Shown in pieces: positions 17,473-26,789 of a stretch of DNA of 42,537 nt (position 1 is its first letter; each line of letters opens with the position of its first letter). The DNA lies in NCBI GenBank assembly GCA_964372545.1, contig CAYJSZ010000007.1, positions 1 to 42,537 of the forward strand, read 5' to 3'. The notes under the pieces are model-generated. The model worked only from the letters and a program-made list of their open reading frames with translations. It did not search any database and had not been told where the DNA came from. A program made the position numbers and the translations under genes. Source of the DNA: an uncultured Ignavibacteriaceae bacterium. Lineage in GTDB: Bacteria > Bacteroidota > Ignavibacteria > UBA10030.

Positions 17473-17533
17473 GGAGCAGTGGAGTAATGGAGTGCTGGCT
17501 CCAACGACCACTACTCCATCATTCCATTACTCC
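17473..17533. repeat. 61-nt imperfect palindrome built from tandem octamers
   Basis: (GGAGCAGT)(GGAGTAAT)(GGAGTGCT)GG at 17473-17498 faces CC(ACTACTCC)(ATCATTCC)(ATTACTCC) at 17508-17533. Of 26 positions, 20 are Watson-Crick pairs, 3 G-U and 3 mismatches, around a 9-nt loop. Lies between the cyclophilin stop and the NSS start. Confidence 0.65.
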
Positions 17534-17540
17534 ATCGATC

Positions 17541-18104
17541 CTATTTCCTTACGATGCTCACCTTCTTCATCACCACGTCTTTCACCGGTTTGTCCAGCGG
17601 CTTTGTCGTCTGCACCTTGCCGATAGCTTGCACGACATCCAGTCCTTTCACCACCTTGCCAAAGATCGTGTGCTTGCCGTCGAGCCAGGGTGTTGGAACC
17701 AGCGTGATGAAAAACTGGCTGCCATTCGTGTTGGGTCCACGATTCGCCATCGAGAGGATGCCCGGACTCGTGTGGCGCAGCGAATCGACGAATTCATCCT
17801 CGAACGGTTTTCCAAAAATACTCTCTCCACCGCGCCCCGTTCCGGTCGGGTCGCCGCCTTGAATCATGAATCCGTCGATGACGCGATGAAAGATCACGCC
17901 CTTGTAGTATCCCTTCTGAGTAAGATCAATAAAGTTCTTCACCGTCTTGGGCGTCGCTTTCTCGAACAGCTCTATTTCTATGGTTCCCATGTTCGTTTCA
18001 ACCACAGCATACGGCTTTTTCCCCGCATCCATTTTCGTTCCTTTTTTCGTTTGTGCAGAAATGATGACCGGAACCAGCAACAGAGCCAGCAGAACACGTC
18101 TCAT
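17541..18104 (-). CDS. Secreted cyclophilin-type peptidyl-prolyl cis-trans isomerase
   Basis: 187 aa with signal peptide [18 protein letters not shown]. Cyclophilin motif [24 protein letters not shown]. Confidence 0.9.
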   Translation of the reverse strand: MRRVLLALLLVPVIISAQTKKGTKMDAGKKPYAVVETNMGTIEIELFEKATPKTVKNFIDLTQKGYYKGVIFHRVIDGFMIQGGDPTGTGRGGESIFGKPFEDEFVDSLRHTSPGILSMANRGPNTNGSQFFITLVPTPWLDGKHTIFGKVVKGLDVVQAIGKVQTTKPLDKPVKDVVMKKVSIVRK

Positions 18105-18123
18105 ACACGGACCTCCTTAAACG

Positions 18124-18939
18124 TTAGATGAACAGAATACCGAGGACACCGACAACCAAACAATACAACGAAAACCACCGGAGCTTTCCACGCTCGATGA
18201 TGCGAAGCAAGAACTTGATGGCCACATAGCCCGAGGCAAACGACACCAGCATCCCCACAACAAGCGCCGGCAATCCTTCTGAAGAACCGCCGTCCACGAG
18301 TAGCTCCTTCACCTTAAGGAGCGTCGCACCGGCAATGACCGGCAGTGACAAGAGAAATGAGAACCGCGCTGCATGATACGGTTCAACCTTCTGGTACAGC
18401 GCCGCGCTGATGGTCGACCCCGACCGCGAAATTCCCGGAATGATTGCGGCTGCCTGTGCTATCCCGATCACCATCGCAGAAAAAAAACCGACCCTCTTGC
18501 CTTCTACGGGCTTTGCCAATCCGGTGAGAAAGAGAATGAGTCCCGTTATCACCAACATTACGGCAACGAGCTTGGGGTCGGTGAAGGCTTCCGAGATTGC
18601 GTCCTCGTACTTGATCCCTACGAACGCAGCCGGAATCGAGCCCAGGAGAATATAGATTGAAAGACGGAACGGCTCGTGCTCCCGGTAGTAGGTCTTGCCC
18701 AAACGAAACGGAACGAACGCCCGGAAGAACGATTGCGTGATGGCGAGGATGTCCTTCCAGAACACCACCACGACACTCAGCAACGTGCCGAAGTGTACAA
18801 GAACTTCGAACGTGATGTCGTTCGAACTCTGGACGCGCAACAGATGTTCGGCCAAGACGAGATGGCCGGAGCTGCTGACCGGCAGAAACTCCGTCAACCC
18901 CTGGATCAATCCGAGAAGAGCCGCTTGAAGTACCGTCAA
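18124..18939 (-). CDS. uppP: Undecaprenyl-diphosphate phosphatase
   Basis: 271 aa with LTEFLPVSSSGH and PGISRSGSTI motifs. TTG start with GGAG 7 nt upstream. Confidence 0.9.
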   Translation of the reverse strand: MTVLQAALLGLIQGLTEFLPVSSSGHLVLAEHLLRVQSSNDITFEVLVHFGTLLSVVVVFWKDILAITQSFFRAFVPFRLGKTYYREHEPFRLSIYILLGSIPAAFVGIKYEDAISEAFTDPKLVAVMLVITGLILFLTGLAKPVEGKRVGFFSAMVIGIAQAAAIIPGISRSGSTISAALYQKVEPYHAARFSFLLSLPVIAGATLLKVKELLVDGGSSEGLPALVVGMLVSFASGYVAIKFLLRIIERGKLRWFSLYCLVVGVLGILFI

Positions 18940-18950
18940 TCAACACTCCG

Positions 18951-19664
18951 TCACAACTGAAACATGATGCCGAATTTGAGGCCGAGACTGAAGAACTGCA
19001 TGTTCGCCGTCGTATTCGTCGTCCGCTCGAACGCCTCAACCCCGTTTGCGTTTTTGAACGCACCCAGAAAGTCCCACCGCACATCGACTCCGATACTGCC
19101 GTACATCGTCTCGTCGAACTTTGTATTGCCGACCGCTTCCAGCTTGAAACCAACACCGCTTGCGGAAAAATTCTCTTCCACGCCGTACGCAGAGAGCGTT
19201 TGCTGCAACGACGCGACGTGGTATCCTATGCCGCCGCCGAATTTGAGGTAGTACGCCGGAGCATTTACCACATAATGGACGATCGCTGTCGGCATGTGGA
19301 CGTTGTAGGAAAACTCCGAACCCGACGAATTCGGCCCACCGCCGACAACCTGCGATTTCACGAGCAGGCTGTATTCCAGCGCAACGCTCCACTCCGGTTG
19401 AACACGATACTCCGGCGAAACGAAAAACTCCAGCATCGAAGAAAAATCATCCAGTCGATCTCCCAACTGCGACACGCGGAAGGCGTTCATGTAATCGACC
19501 AGGAACGGCGCGGAGTGAACTCCTCCACCCAGGCCAACCGACACCGAAAACCTTGGAGATGCAAAACCATTTGAAACAGGCTGAGAATATCCATGCTGAG
19601 TCACAAATGTCCCGGCGACACTCACAACAACAGCGTATGCGAGAATCCTCTTTCTCATACTCAT
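18951..19664 (-). CDS. Outer-membrane beta-barrel protein (small porin/OmpW-like size class)
   Basis: 237 aa with a signal peptide and alternating hydrophobic beta-strand pattern; C-terminal LKFGIMFQL. The ATG overlaps the upstream stop (ATGA at 19661-19664). Confidence 0.6.
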   Translation of the reverse strand: MSMRKRILAYAVVVSVAGTFVTQHGYSQPVSNGFASPRFSVSVGLGGGVHSAPFLVDYMNAFRVSQLGDRLDDFSSMLEFFVSPEYRVQPEWSVALEYSLLVKSQVVGGGPNSSGSEFSYNVHMPTAIVHYVVNAPAYYLKFGGGIGYHVASLQQTLSAYGVEENFSASGVGFKLEAVGNTKFDETMYGSIGVDVRWDFLGAFKNANGVEAFERTTNTTANMQFFSLGLKFGIMFQL

Positions 19665-21865
19665 AATGAAACCGGGACTCCTCGTTGCAAAGACTCCATT
19701 ATTTTGAAAGTCGCCAGCGTCGTTGTAACTGCGCTTCCCAGGGAAATCGGCGAAGGCTTACCATCTCTCACAGCCAACAGAAACTGCCGAACTTCCTCCT
19801 GATGTCCCTTATCGATAGCAGAAAGTCTGAACGTGCGTTTCTTACCTTGTTGATAAAGCGTCAGCAGTTGGAAATTGTCGATGATCGCAGTTCTGTTTGT
19901 TGAATAGAGCTCAAGATGTTCCTTCGGAACGGAAGAGTCTCCGTTCGCAAGATAGGTGATGACACCGACAGAGCCGTCCTGAAATGTTATCGTTACCGCG
20001 ACGGAATCGTCATCCGCAGAACCGGCCGACCCTTTTCCTAAAGGCTCGGCGAAGATTTTCGCGGGGGTTGAATCGGTGATGAATTGCATCAGATCGACGA
20101 AGTGACAGACCTCGCCGATGATCCTGCCTCCGCCCTCCACAGGATCGCGCGTCCAGTGTGTTGTTGGCATGAGGCCGGCACTTACCCGATACTGGATGGC
20201 AAACGGACCGACGGCATCCGCAAAGAAACGCTTAACCTGTTGACCGTGAGGCGAGAAACGGCGGTTGAAACCAACGAGAACGATTGCGGATCGCGGATTG
20301 CGGATCGCGGATTTTGGAGAATTGATTTTATTGAACACCGCAACGATTTCTTTAAGCTCATCGGCATGCAGGGCGAGGGGCTTCTCGACGAAAACATTTT
20401 TCCCAGCCTTTAGCGCCTCAATGACATACGGAGCGTGGAGATTATGACGGGCGGCGATAAAGACCGTGCCGATCTCCTGATTCCCAAGAATTTCTCGTGC
20501 ATCCGTCGTTGCAAAGCGGAAATCGAACGTGCGGGCGACATTCTTCGCGTTCAGTCCATTGCCAGTGCACACGCCGACGAGCGACACTCCAGAAAAACGA
20601 CGTACATGCGGCAGCAACGATGCCTGCGCGAAGTTCCCCGCCCCAAGAAATCCGATCTTGAGCGCCGTGGGGGAAGGTTTGCTCTCTCCTGAACCCACAA
20701 CGACGGTCGCGGCTGGCTCTTCCGCCTTCTCTTTACCATACTGTAAGACGATTCCGAGGTACTTTTCGTACTTGTACGCGCTTCGGTTCGTCATGAGTGC
20801 GTACGCCGCAGAAGCCTTCTCCACCGGAAAACGATGCGTGGTGACTTTTGCAAGGTCAATCTTTTTCGCAGCAACGAGGTTGAGAAACTCCTGCATGTTC
20901 CGCTTCTCCGTCCAACGCACGTACCCAACAGGGTAATCGTGCCCTTGTTCTTCGTAGCCTGGGTCGTACCGGCCCGGACCGTACGAGCGCGAAAGTCTGA
21001 AATCCAGCTCCTTCCGGTAGTAGGGCGCACGCGGCAACTCTAACCCCACATCGCCCACGAGCACGACACGACCTTTCTCGCGACACAATTCGCCCGCGAG
21101 TTGCACCGGGTCGTTGCTCTTCGTCGCCGCCGTGATGATCACTGCGTCGGCACCGATGCCTTTCGTGAACGACAGGACGACGTTCTTGACATCAGCGCCA
21201 GCCCGTTCCAACGCAAGGTCAACGCCCGACTCCTTAGCGATTTTCACCGACCACGGATCGAGGTCGATGCCGACAACCGTACAGCCGTTCGCCTTTAAAA
21301 GTTGGAGCGTGAGTTGTCCGACAATTCCAAGACCAATGACGACAATTGTTTCTCCGAGGGTCGGCTCAGCTTGTCGTACGCCTTGCAGGGCAATGGCCCC
21401 GATCGTCGTGTAGGCGGCTTCGTCGAACTCCACGCCCTTTGGAATTTTCGCACAAAGATTTTTCGGAATCAGTGCATACTCCGCATGATTCGCGTAGCCA
21501 GCCCCTGCGCACGCCACACGGTCTCCCGGCTTGAACTCCCCTGCTCCATCGCCGACCGCAACAACAACGCCCGCCGCACTATATCCAAGCGCTGCAGTCG
21601 ATTCCAGCCGCGCCTTTACACGACGATACGTTTGCACGATGCCGTACTGCCGGACCTGCTCAAGCACCTTCACGACCAGCTCCGGTTGACGTTTCGCGCG
21701 CTGCACAAGTGACATCCTTCTCGATTCAAGCGATGCGCGTTCCGTCCCCGCGCTGATCACCGAACTACGTACCTGCACGAGCAGATGCCCGGCTTTCAGC
21801 GATGGCACGGGCACCGATTCCACTTGCACGACGCCGGTCTTATTTTGTTGGGTGACTTGTTTCAT
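19661..21865 (-). CDS. Bi-domain oxidoreductase (Zn-type alcohol dehydrogenase-like plus Gfo/Idh/MocA-like)
   Basis: 734 aa. The N-terminal half is MDR/ADH-like (VIGLGIVGQL Rossmann). The C-terminal half has a second Rossmann (KIGFLGAGNFAQ) and Gfo/Idh/MocA-like blocks (VFVEKPLA, GFNRRF). Confidence 0.8.
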   Translation of the reverse strand: MKQVTQQNKTGVVQVESVPVPSLKAGHLLVQVRSSVISAGTERASLESRRMSLVQRAKRQPELVVKVLEQVRQYGIVQTYRRVKARLESTAALGYSAAGVVVAVGDGAGEFKPGDRVACAGAGYANHAEYALIPKNLCAKIPKGVEFDEAAYTTIGAIALQGVRQAEPTLGETIVVIGLGIVGQLTLQLLKANGCTVVGIDLDPWSVKIAKESGVDLALERAGADVKNVVLSFTKGIGADAVIITAATKSNDPVQLAGELCREKGRVVLVGDVGLELPRAPYYRKELDFRLSRSYGPGRYDPGYEEQGHDYPVGYVRWTEKRNMQEFLNLVAAKKIDLAKVTTHRFPVEKASAAYALMTNRSAYKYEKYLGIVLQYGKEKAEEPAATVVVGSGESKPSPTALKIGFLGAGNFAQASLLPHVRRFSGVSLVGVCTGNGLNAKNVARTFDFRFATTDAREILGNQEIGTVFIAARHNLHAPYVIEALKAGKNVFVEKPLALHADELKEIVAVFNKINSPKSAIRNPRSAIVLVGFNRRFSPHGQQVKRFFADAVGPFAIQYRVSAGLMPTTHWTRDPVEGGGRIIGEVCHFVDLMQFITDSTPAKIFAEPLGKGSAGSADDDSVAVTITFQDGSVGVITYLANGDSSVPKEHLELYSTNRTAIIDNFQLLTLYQQGKKRTFRLSAIDKGHQEEVRQFLLAVRDGKPSPISLGSAVTTTLATFKIMESLQRGVPVSL
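20283..20313. repeat. Heptanucleotide (AT[T/C]GCGG) tandem repeat of about 4.4 copies inside the oxidoreductase CDS
   Basis: attgcgg atcgcgg attgcgg atcgcgg att, equivalent to a 14-mer x 2.2. Encodes SAIRNPRSAI on the minus strand. Confidence 0.8.
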
Positions 21866-22901
21866 AGTTCAGAACGTCTTGTTCTTCGAGAGTTTGAGAA
21901 GCTATGTCCGAAACACGGAGATGATCTTTCAGGACATAACCCAATCCAACCAGCGTAATAGTGAGATAACTTATTTCGTGCGTGATGATGGAAAAACTGA
22001 GCGCGTTGACCGTATCGACGCCGTACAGGTTGACGAGCGAAAAGGTCAGGAAAGAATGATAGGTCCCCATCCCTCCCGGCGCGGGCAGGACGTAGGCGAC
22101 CGTAGTGATCGTCAGAAGAGTCATCGCAACGCCAAAATCAAAATGGAATGCGGCGACCGGTTCGAGCGTTAAGAATGCGGCATACAGCGACAGGGCATAG
22201 ACCCCGAACAGGAACACGCTGAGAAGAGAGACTGCGACCAGAGACTCGCGGGCAGCACCGGCGCCAACGCCCGACAGAAACGACTCAAATATCCGATCGA
22301 TTCTCTCCGCATACCGTTTCGGAGCAAGAGGCTTCAACACTTTCATCAAGCGAAACAACGCCTCACTCTTGAAGAACAACACGGTCGACAGGATGAGCAG
22401 GAGGAAGGTACCGAGCAGGAAATAGATGCGCACCGATTCCGCGTTCTCAACGAAAGGATCCATCGATTTCGGGTATAGAAACAGGATCACGCACAGCATG
22501 AACAGGAAGGTGATCGTATCCAGAATGCGTTCCACGACGACAGTGCCGAGAGCCGAGCTTTTGGAGATCCCCTCCAACCTGCCGACAACGTACGCCCGAA
22601 CAATTTCTCCTGCCCGCGGTAACACGTTGTTGACCATGTAACCGATCATCACGGCAGAGAAAAGATTCCTTGTCGAGGTCTTTCGCTTGATCGGCGCGAT
22701 GAGATACCTCCAGCGCACCGCTCGAATCCAGTGACTAAAGAGTCCGATGGGAACGAGCGCTGCAATCCACCAGAAGTTAGCGCCTTTGAGCGAATTCCAC
22801 AGGTCCTGTAGATTGGTGTTGCGAAAGGCAAGGTAAAGGAAAACAGCGGTCAGCAAAAAACTGATGACGGTTCGCGTAAGTGTCCTGGCGTTGAGCGACA
22901 T
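21840..22901 (-). CDS. Flippase-like membrane protein (lysyl-phosphatidylglycerol synthase TM-region / UPF0104 family)
   Basis: 353-aa polytopic ORF with family-like N-terminal layout (LQDLWNSLKGANFWWIAALVPIGLFSHWIRAVRWRYLI). Its 3' end overlaps the oxidoreductase start by 26 nt. Confidence 0.65.
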   Translation of the reverse strand: MSLNARTLTRTVISFLLTAVFLYLAFRNTNLQDLWNSLKGANFWWIAALVPIGLFSHWIRAVRWRYLIAPIKRKTSTRNLFSAVMIGYMVNNVLPRAGEIVRAYVVGRLEGISKSSALGTVVVERILDTITFLFMLCVILFLYPKSMDPFVENAESVRIYFLLGTFLLLILSTVLFFKSEALFRLMKVLKPLAPKRYAERIDRIFESFLSGVGAGAARESLVAVSLLSVFLFGVYALSLYAAFLTLEPVAAFHFDFGVAMTLLTITTVAYVLPAPGGMGTYHSFLTFSLVNLYGVDTVNALSFSIITHEISYLTITLVGLGYVLKDHLRVSDIASQTLEEQDVLNYETSHPTK

Positions 22902-22912
22902 AGTTCGGTTCG

Positions 22913-23551
22913 TTAACGGAGGTCCACTACTTCGGTACCGGCCGGCGGTGTAAACGAGAAAAGTGAATCGTTGACGTTGGTGTTGAGTTTGAGATCGTTG
23001 ATGGAATACTGCGTCTCGGTGTCGTTGACATCGACGATGAGCACCTTCCGGACTGTCCAGGTGCCGTCTTCAACCCACACTTTGACGGATTTGATAAAGG
23101 CCTGGTCATCTTTCGGGACGAGTTTGAGAACGAACGTGTGGGCCTTCGCTACTGTATCTCTGCCCAGGAGTGTTGCGTAGTATTGCTCCGGCAGTTTGAG
23201 CAGGAATTGTTCCGGCGAGATGGTGTTGTGATTCTCCTTGTAGCGGTCTACCAGCACCTGCTTGTTGATTGGCGAGTACGACCAGATCGCCGAGCCGTCG
23301 GTGACGAACGTTTGGTGCTCGGATTCGACGCGATACTTATTCGGCCGCTTCATCGTCAACGTGCCGTCGAAAGTTTGCTCGATCTTCGAGAAGCTAAACT
23401 TGACATGCTGCGTGAACTTCGCAACAGCGTCTTGCATCGACTCGTACCGTCGTTGAAGGTTTCCCGTAACATCGTTCGCGGTGACCTCTTTTTGCTGCGC
23501 AACGCCCACAGCTGCGCAGGCAACGAAGAGCATCGAGAACACGCCAGCCAT
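22913..23551 (-). CDS. lolA: Outer-membrane lipoprotein carrier protein LolA
   Basis: Signal peptide plus LolA-like core (FTQHVKFSF...GTLTMKRPNKYRVE). ATG at 23551; GTG at 23557 would overlap the ftsK stop. ftsK-lolA adjacency is a common conserved pair. Confidence 0.8.
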   Translation of the reverse strand: MAGVFSMLFVACAAVGVAQQKEVTANDVTGNLQRRYESMQDAVAKFTQHVKFSFSKIEQTFDGTLTMKRPNKYRVESEHQTFVTDGSAIWSYSPINKQVLVDRYKENHNTISPEQFLLKLPEQYYATLLGRDTVAKAHTFVLKLVPKDDQAFIKSVKVWVEDGTWTVRKVLIVDVNDTETQYSINDLKLNTNVNDSLFSFTPPAGTEVVDLR

Positions 23552-23553
23552 CC

Positions 23554-25968
23554 TCACGCTTTTATCCCTTTCAACAGTGCTTCGAGTTCCGCCTCCGATT
23601 CGACCAGTACTTCCCGCGCTTTACTTCCATCAAACGGGCCTACAATGCCGACAGCTTCCAGTTCATCGACAACCCTCGCTGCCCGCGAGTAGCCTATTTT
23701 CAGCCGACGCTGCAACAACGAAACCGAGCCTTGTTGGTGGCGCACGATAATTCGCGCTGCTTCTTCAAACAATTCATCCCGGTCGTCTCCACCCGACAAG
23801 CCTGAAGATTTTTTTTTCTCGAAGACCGACGGCAGCTGCGCGGGCTGGCTGTATCCTTGTTGTTTCGCGACGTGATTCGTGATGCGTTCGACCTCTTCGG
23901 TTGAAATAAACGCGTTCTGGATGCGAATGGGCTTCGGGCTTCCCGGCGGCAGATACAGCAAATCGCCGTTACCTAACAACTGCTCTGCGCCGTTCATGTC
24001 GAGGATCGTGCGAGAGTCAACCTTCGATGCAACCTGATACGCAATGCGCGCCGGAAAATTCGCCTTAATGACACCGGTGATAACATCCACGGAAGGCCGC
24101 TGTGTTGCCAAGACCAAATGGATACCGACGGCTCGCGCCAACTGGGCTAAACGCGCGATCGGTTCTTCGACTTCGCGTGCCGCGGTAAGCATCAAATCCG
24201 CAAGCTCATCGATGACGACGATGAGATACGGCAGCTTCCGATGTTTCGTGGTTTCAGTATCGTGCAGGCGGCCACCCTTCACACGCTCATTGTAGTCTGC
24301 AATGTTGCGGACACCAGCCGAGGCGAGAAGATCATAACGCTTTTCCATCTCGTATTCTACACTCTTCAGCACAAGCACGGCGCTGTTCGCCGAAGTGACA
24401 ATCTCCTCGTCGATGTCGGAGGAAACCGCAAGGTAATGCTTTCGCAGCTTGATGTAGAGCGACAATTCGATTTTCTTCGGGTCGATGATCACGAACTTGA
24501 CGTCGCTGGGGTGCAGGCGATAGATCAGGCTGGTCAGAATCGTGTTGATCCCGACGCTCTTTCCGGAACCGGTCGACCCGGCAATCAGCAGGTGGGGCAT
24601 CCTCGAAAGGTCGTCGACGTACACTTCGCCCGAAATCGTTTTGCCCATCGCGAGCGGCAGGGCAGCCGCACTCTCCCGGAACTTTGCCGAATTAATGACC
24701 GACCGGATGGTTACCAGCGCCGGGTTGTGGTTCGGAATTTCGACACCGACCGTACCTTTCCCCGGTATCGGCGCGATGATGCGAATACCTTTTGCCTTCA
24801 GCGCCAACGCGATGTCGTCTTCCAGGCTTTCGATCTTGCTGATCTTGACTCCCGTGGCCGGCACGAGTTCATACAACGTCACGACGGGTCCGGGCGTAAC
24901 CGAGACGCTCTCGATTGCTACGCCGAAGTCCGCCAGCTTTGCCCGGAGAAGCTCGGCGTTTGCTGTGAGTTCCATCTCATCGACCTGCTCGCTCGCACGC
25001 GCGGAATCCAGCAAATCGACCGAGGGCGGCACGTAATCGATCTCTTCTACGCCGCCATCATCGACCTCTTGCCGCCGCTCATCAAAGTTCACTTCTGCTT
25101 CATGAATCGCCGGCTTGATGTCTAATTCCATGTCATCGTTCGCGCCGGCAGGGGCAGTCGATTCGACGCGCTCGTCTGAATCGACCGAAGACTCAGCTTC
25201 CTCCGGAATGTGGTCGACGTTTGGCTGAACGTTCCTCACGCGAGGTCGAACCTGCGGCGTCGGTTCAAGGTCCGGCTTTTTGATCTCGATAATGTCGGGG
25301 CGTTTGGAAGTCGATTGTTCGTCGGGAGCGGAGCGTCTTTCGTCTAACCATCCCAGAAAGTTGCGCGCCCATGCACGAAGCCTCTCATACACTTTTTGAA
25401 GATCGACATCGAACGCAAAAACAGCGACAGTAACGAGCGAGCCGAGCAGCAGAAGAACCGTCCCCGTCCGGCCGGTGAGTTTCGAGAGTACACCGGCGAT
25501 AAATTCGCCGACCAGGCCGCTCCATTCCACCGGTATGATCTGCGAATCGCCGAAGAGACGAATTGTCCCGTTGATCGATGCAAACAGCAATCCAAATGCC
25601 AGTGTGTAGCTGGTGGGAACGATAAGCTTCTGAAGATTCTTCTCCCGCAAGTACGCCCAGAGCCACATCACCAGGAGAAACGGAAGGACGAGAATCGCGT
25701 ATCCGATAGTAGAGTTGATGAGCCAGCTGGAGACAACGGCTCCCAGCAAGCCAAGCCAATTGTGGGTTCGATCTGCTTTGGCAGCAACATCAGGGTTGTT
25801 GGTGAATATGTTCCAGATCGCGACGTCGCCATTCGCCTGATCTTCGGATGTGTAGGAAATCAAGCACAGCAAGATCATGAAGGAGAGAAGAATCCCGGCG
25901 AACGCAAAGACCTGGCGTCGGCGTTGCGCTCTGTCGATGGTTCTCGACGGTTGTGCGTTCTCTTCCAT
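23554..25968 (-). CDS. ftsK: DNA translocase FtsK
   Basis: 804 aa. N-terminal TM segments, a linker, a motor domain with Walker A GSTGSGKSV and Walker B VVIDELADLM, and a C-terminal winged-helix gamma domain (SVSLLQRRLKIGYSRAARVVDELE). Confidence 0.95.
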   Translation of the reverse strand: MEENAQPSRTIDRAQRRRQVFAFAGILLSFMILLCLISYTSEDQANGDVAIWNIFTNNPDVAAKADRTHNWLGLLGAVVSSWLINSTIGYAILVLPFLLVMWLWAYLREKNLQKLIVPTSYTLAFGLLFASINGTIRLFGDSQIIPVEWSGLVGEFIAGVLSKLTGRTGTVLLLLGSLVTVAVFAFDVDLQKVYERLRAWARNFLGWLDERRSAPDEQSTSKRPDIIEIKKPDLEPTPQVRPRVRNVQPNVDHIPEEAESSVDSDERVESTAPAGANDDMELDIKPAIHEAEVNFDERRQEVDDGGVEEIDYVPPSVDLLDSARASEQVDEMELTANAELLRAKLADFGVAIESVSVTPGPVVTLYELVPATGVKISKIESLEDDIALALKAKGIRIIAPIPGKGTVGVEIPNHNPALVTIRSVINSAKFRESAAALPLAMGKTISGEVYVDDLSRMPHLLIAGSTGSGKSVGINTILTSLIYRLHPSDVKFVIIDPKKIELSLYIKLRKHYLAVSSDIDEEIVTSANSAVLVLKSVEYEMEKRYDLLASAGVRNIADYNERVKGGRLHDTETTKHRKLPYLIVVIDELADLMLTAAREVEEPIARLAQLARAVGIHLVLATQRPSVDVITGVIKANFPARIAYQVASKVDSRTILDMNGAEQLLGNGDLLYLPPGSPKPIRIQNAFISTEEVERITNHVAKQQGYSQPAQLPSVFEKKKSSGLSGGDDRDELFEEAARIIVRHQQGSVSLLQRRLKIGYSRAARVVDELEAVGIVGPFDGSKAREVLVESEAELEALLKGIKA

Positions 25969-25991
25969 TGTCTCTTTCCTCTCTGGTGACG

Positions 25992-26780
25992 TTAAACGTT
26001 TGGTTTTTCAACCGTGGCCGGATCCGGCTTGGCTGCGAGCGTTTCTTCTTTCTGAAGTTTTACGCTCGTACCCGTTAACATCGGGAGAACTGGAACTGAA
26101 TCAACCTTTGCGCAGACTCTGAGATCCTCCTCAAAGCCGATTCCTGCCAGATACTTTCCATGGTCGGAATTCTTGAGCATCTTCAGCACCGAGCGGCCAA
26201 AGCTACGATAGAGCGCTTGCGCGGCCGCCGATGAATCGGTGAGCTCGATTCGAAGATCTTTGTTTCCCTGCACCTGTTGAACGATCATACCTGCGCACAC
26301 GACGTCTTCCAGGGAAAAACCATTCGCGACTGTGGAATTCCCGGCGCAGATGATAATGAAGTCGTCATTCACGCCAGAGATGAATTCGACGACCTTCGAC
26401 AGGTTGAGAAAGCAGCCCACCGCCATATTCCGTGCGTAGCGGCTCTTTGCCATGGCAAGCGCCCCGTTGGTGGTGCAATAGATGATCGACTTTCCTTTCA
26501 CGGTCGTTTCGTTGTACTCGATCGGCGAGTTGCCAAGATTAAACCCCTGGATCATCTTCCCGTGTCGTTCTCCCCCGCGCAAGGTGACATCGCCGAACAA
26601 GCTTCCGGAAATCTTCACCGCTGCTTCGATGTTCGTGACCGGAATAATCTCGCGCGCCCCGTTCGCGAGCGCCGTCACGACCGTCGAACTCGACCGCAGA
26701 ACATCGATCACGATGACATTCTTTTCGCGAAGTTGAAGCTCGTCAACGCTCGTCGCTGCTACTGTCACGTCAATCTTCAT
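25992..26780 (-). CDS. comB: 2-phosphosulfolactate phosphatase family protein (ComB-like)
   Basis: 262 aa; N-terminus VIVIDVLRSSSTVVTALANGAREIIPV is typical of the ComB family. Confidence 0.7.
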   Translation of the reverse strand: MKIDVTVAATSVDELQLREKNVIVIDVLRSSSTVVTALANGAREIIPVTNIEAAVKISGSLFGDVTLRGGERHGKMIQGFNLGNSPIEYNETTVKGKSIIYCTTNGALAMAKSRYARNMAVGCFLNLSKVVEFISGVNDDFIIICAGNSTVANGFSLEDVVCAGMIVQQVQGNKDLRIELTDSSAAAQALYRSFGRSVLKMLKNSDHGKYLAGIGFEEDLRVCAKVDSVPVLPMLTGTSVKLQKEETLAAKPDPATVEKPNV

Positions 26781-26789
26781 GTTCTGCTT

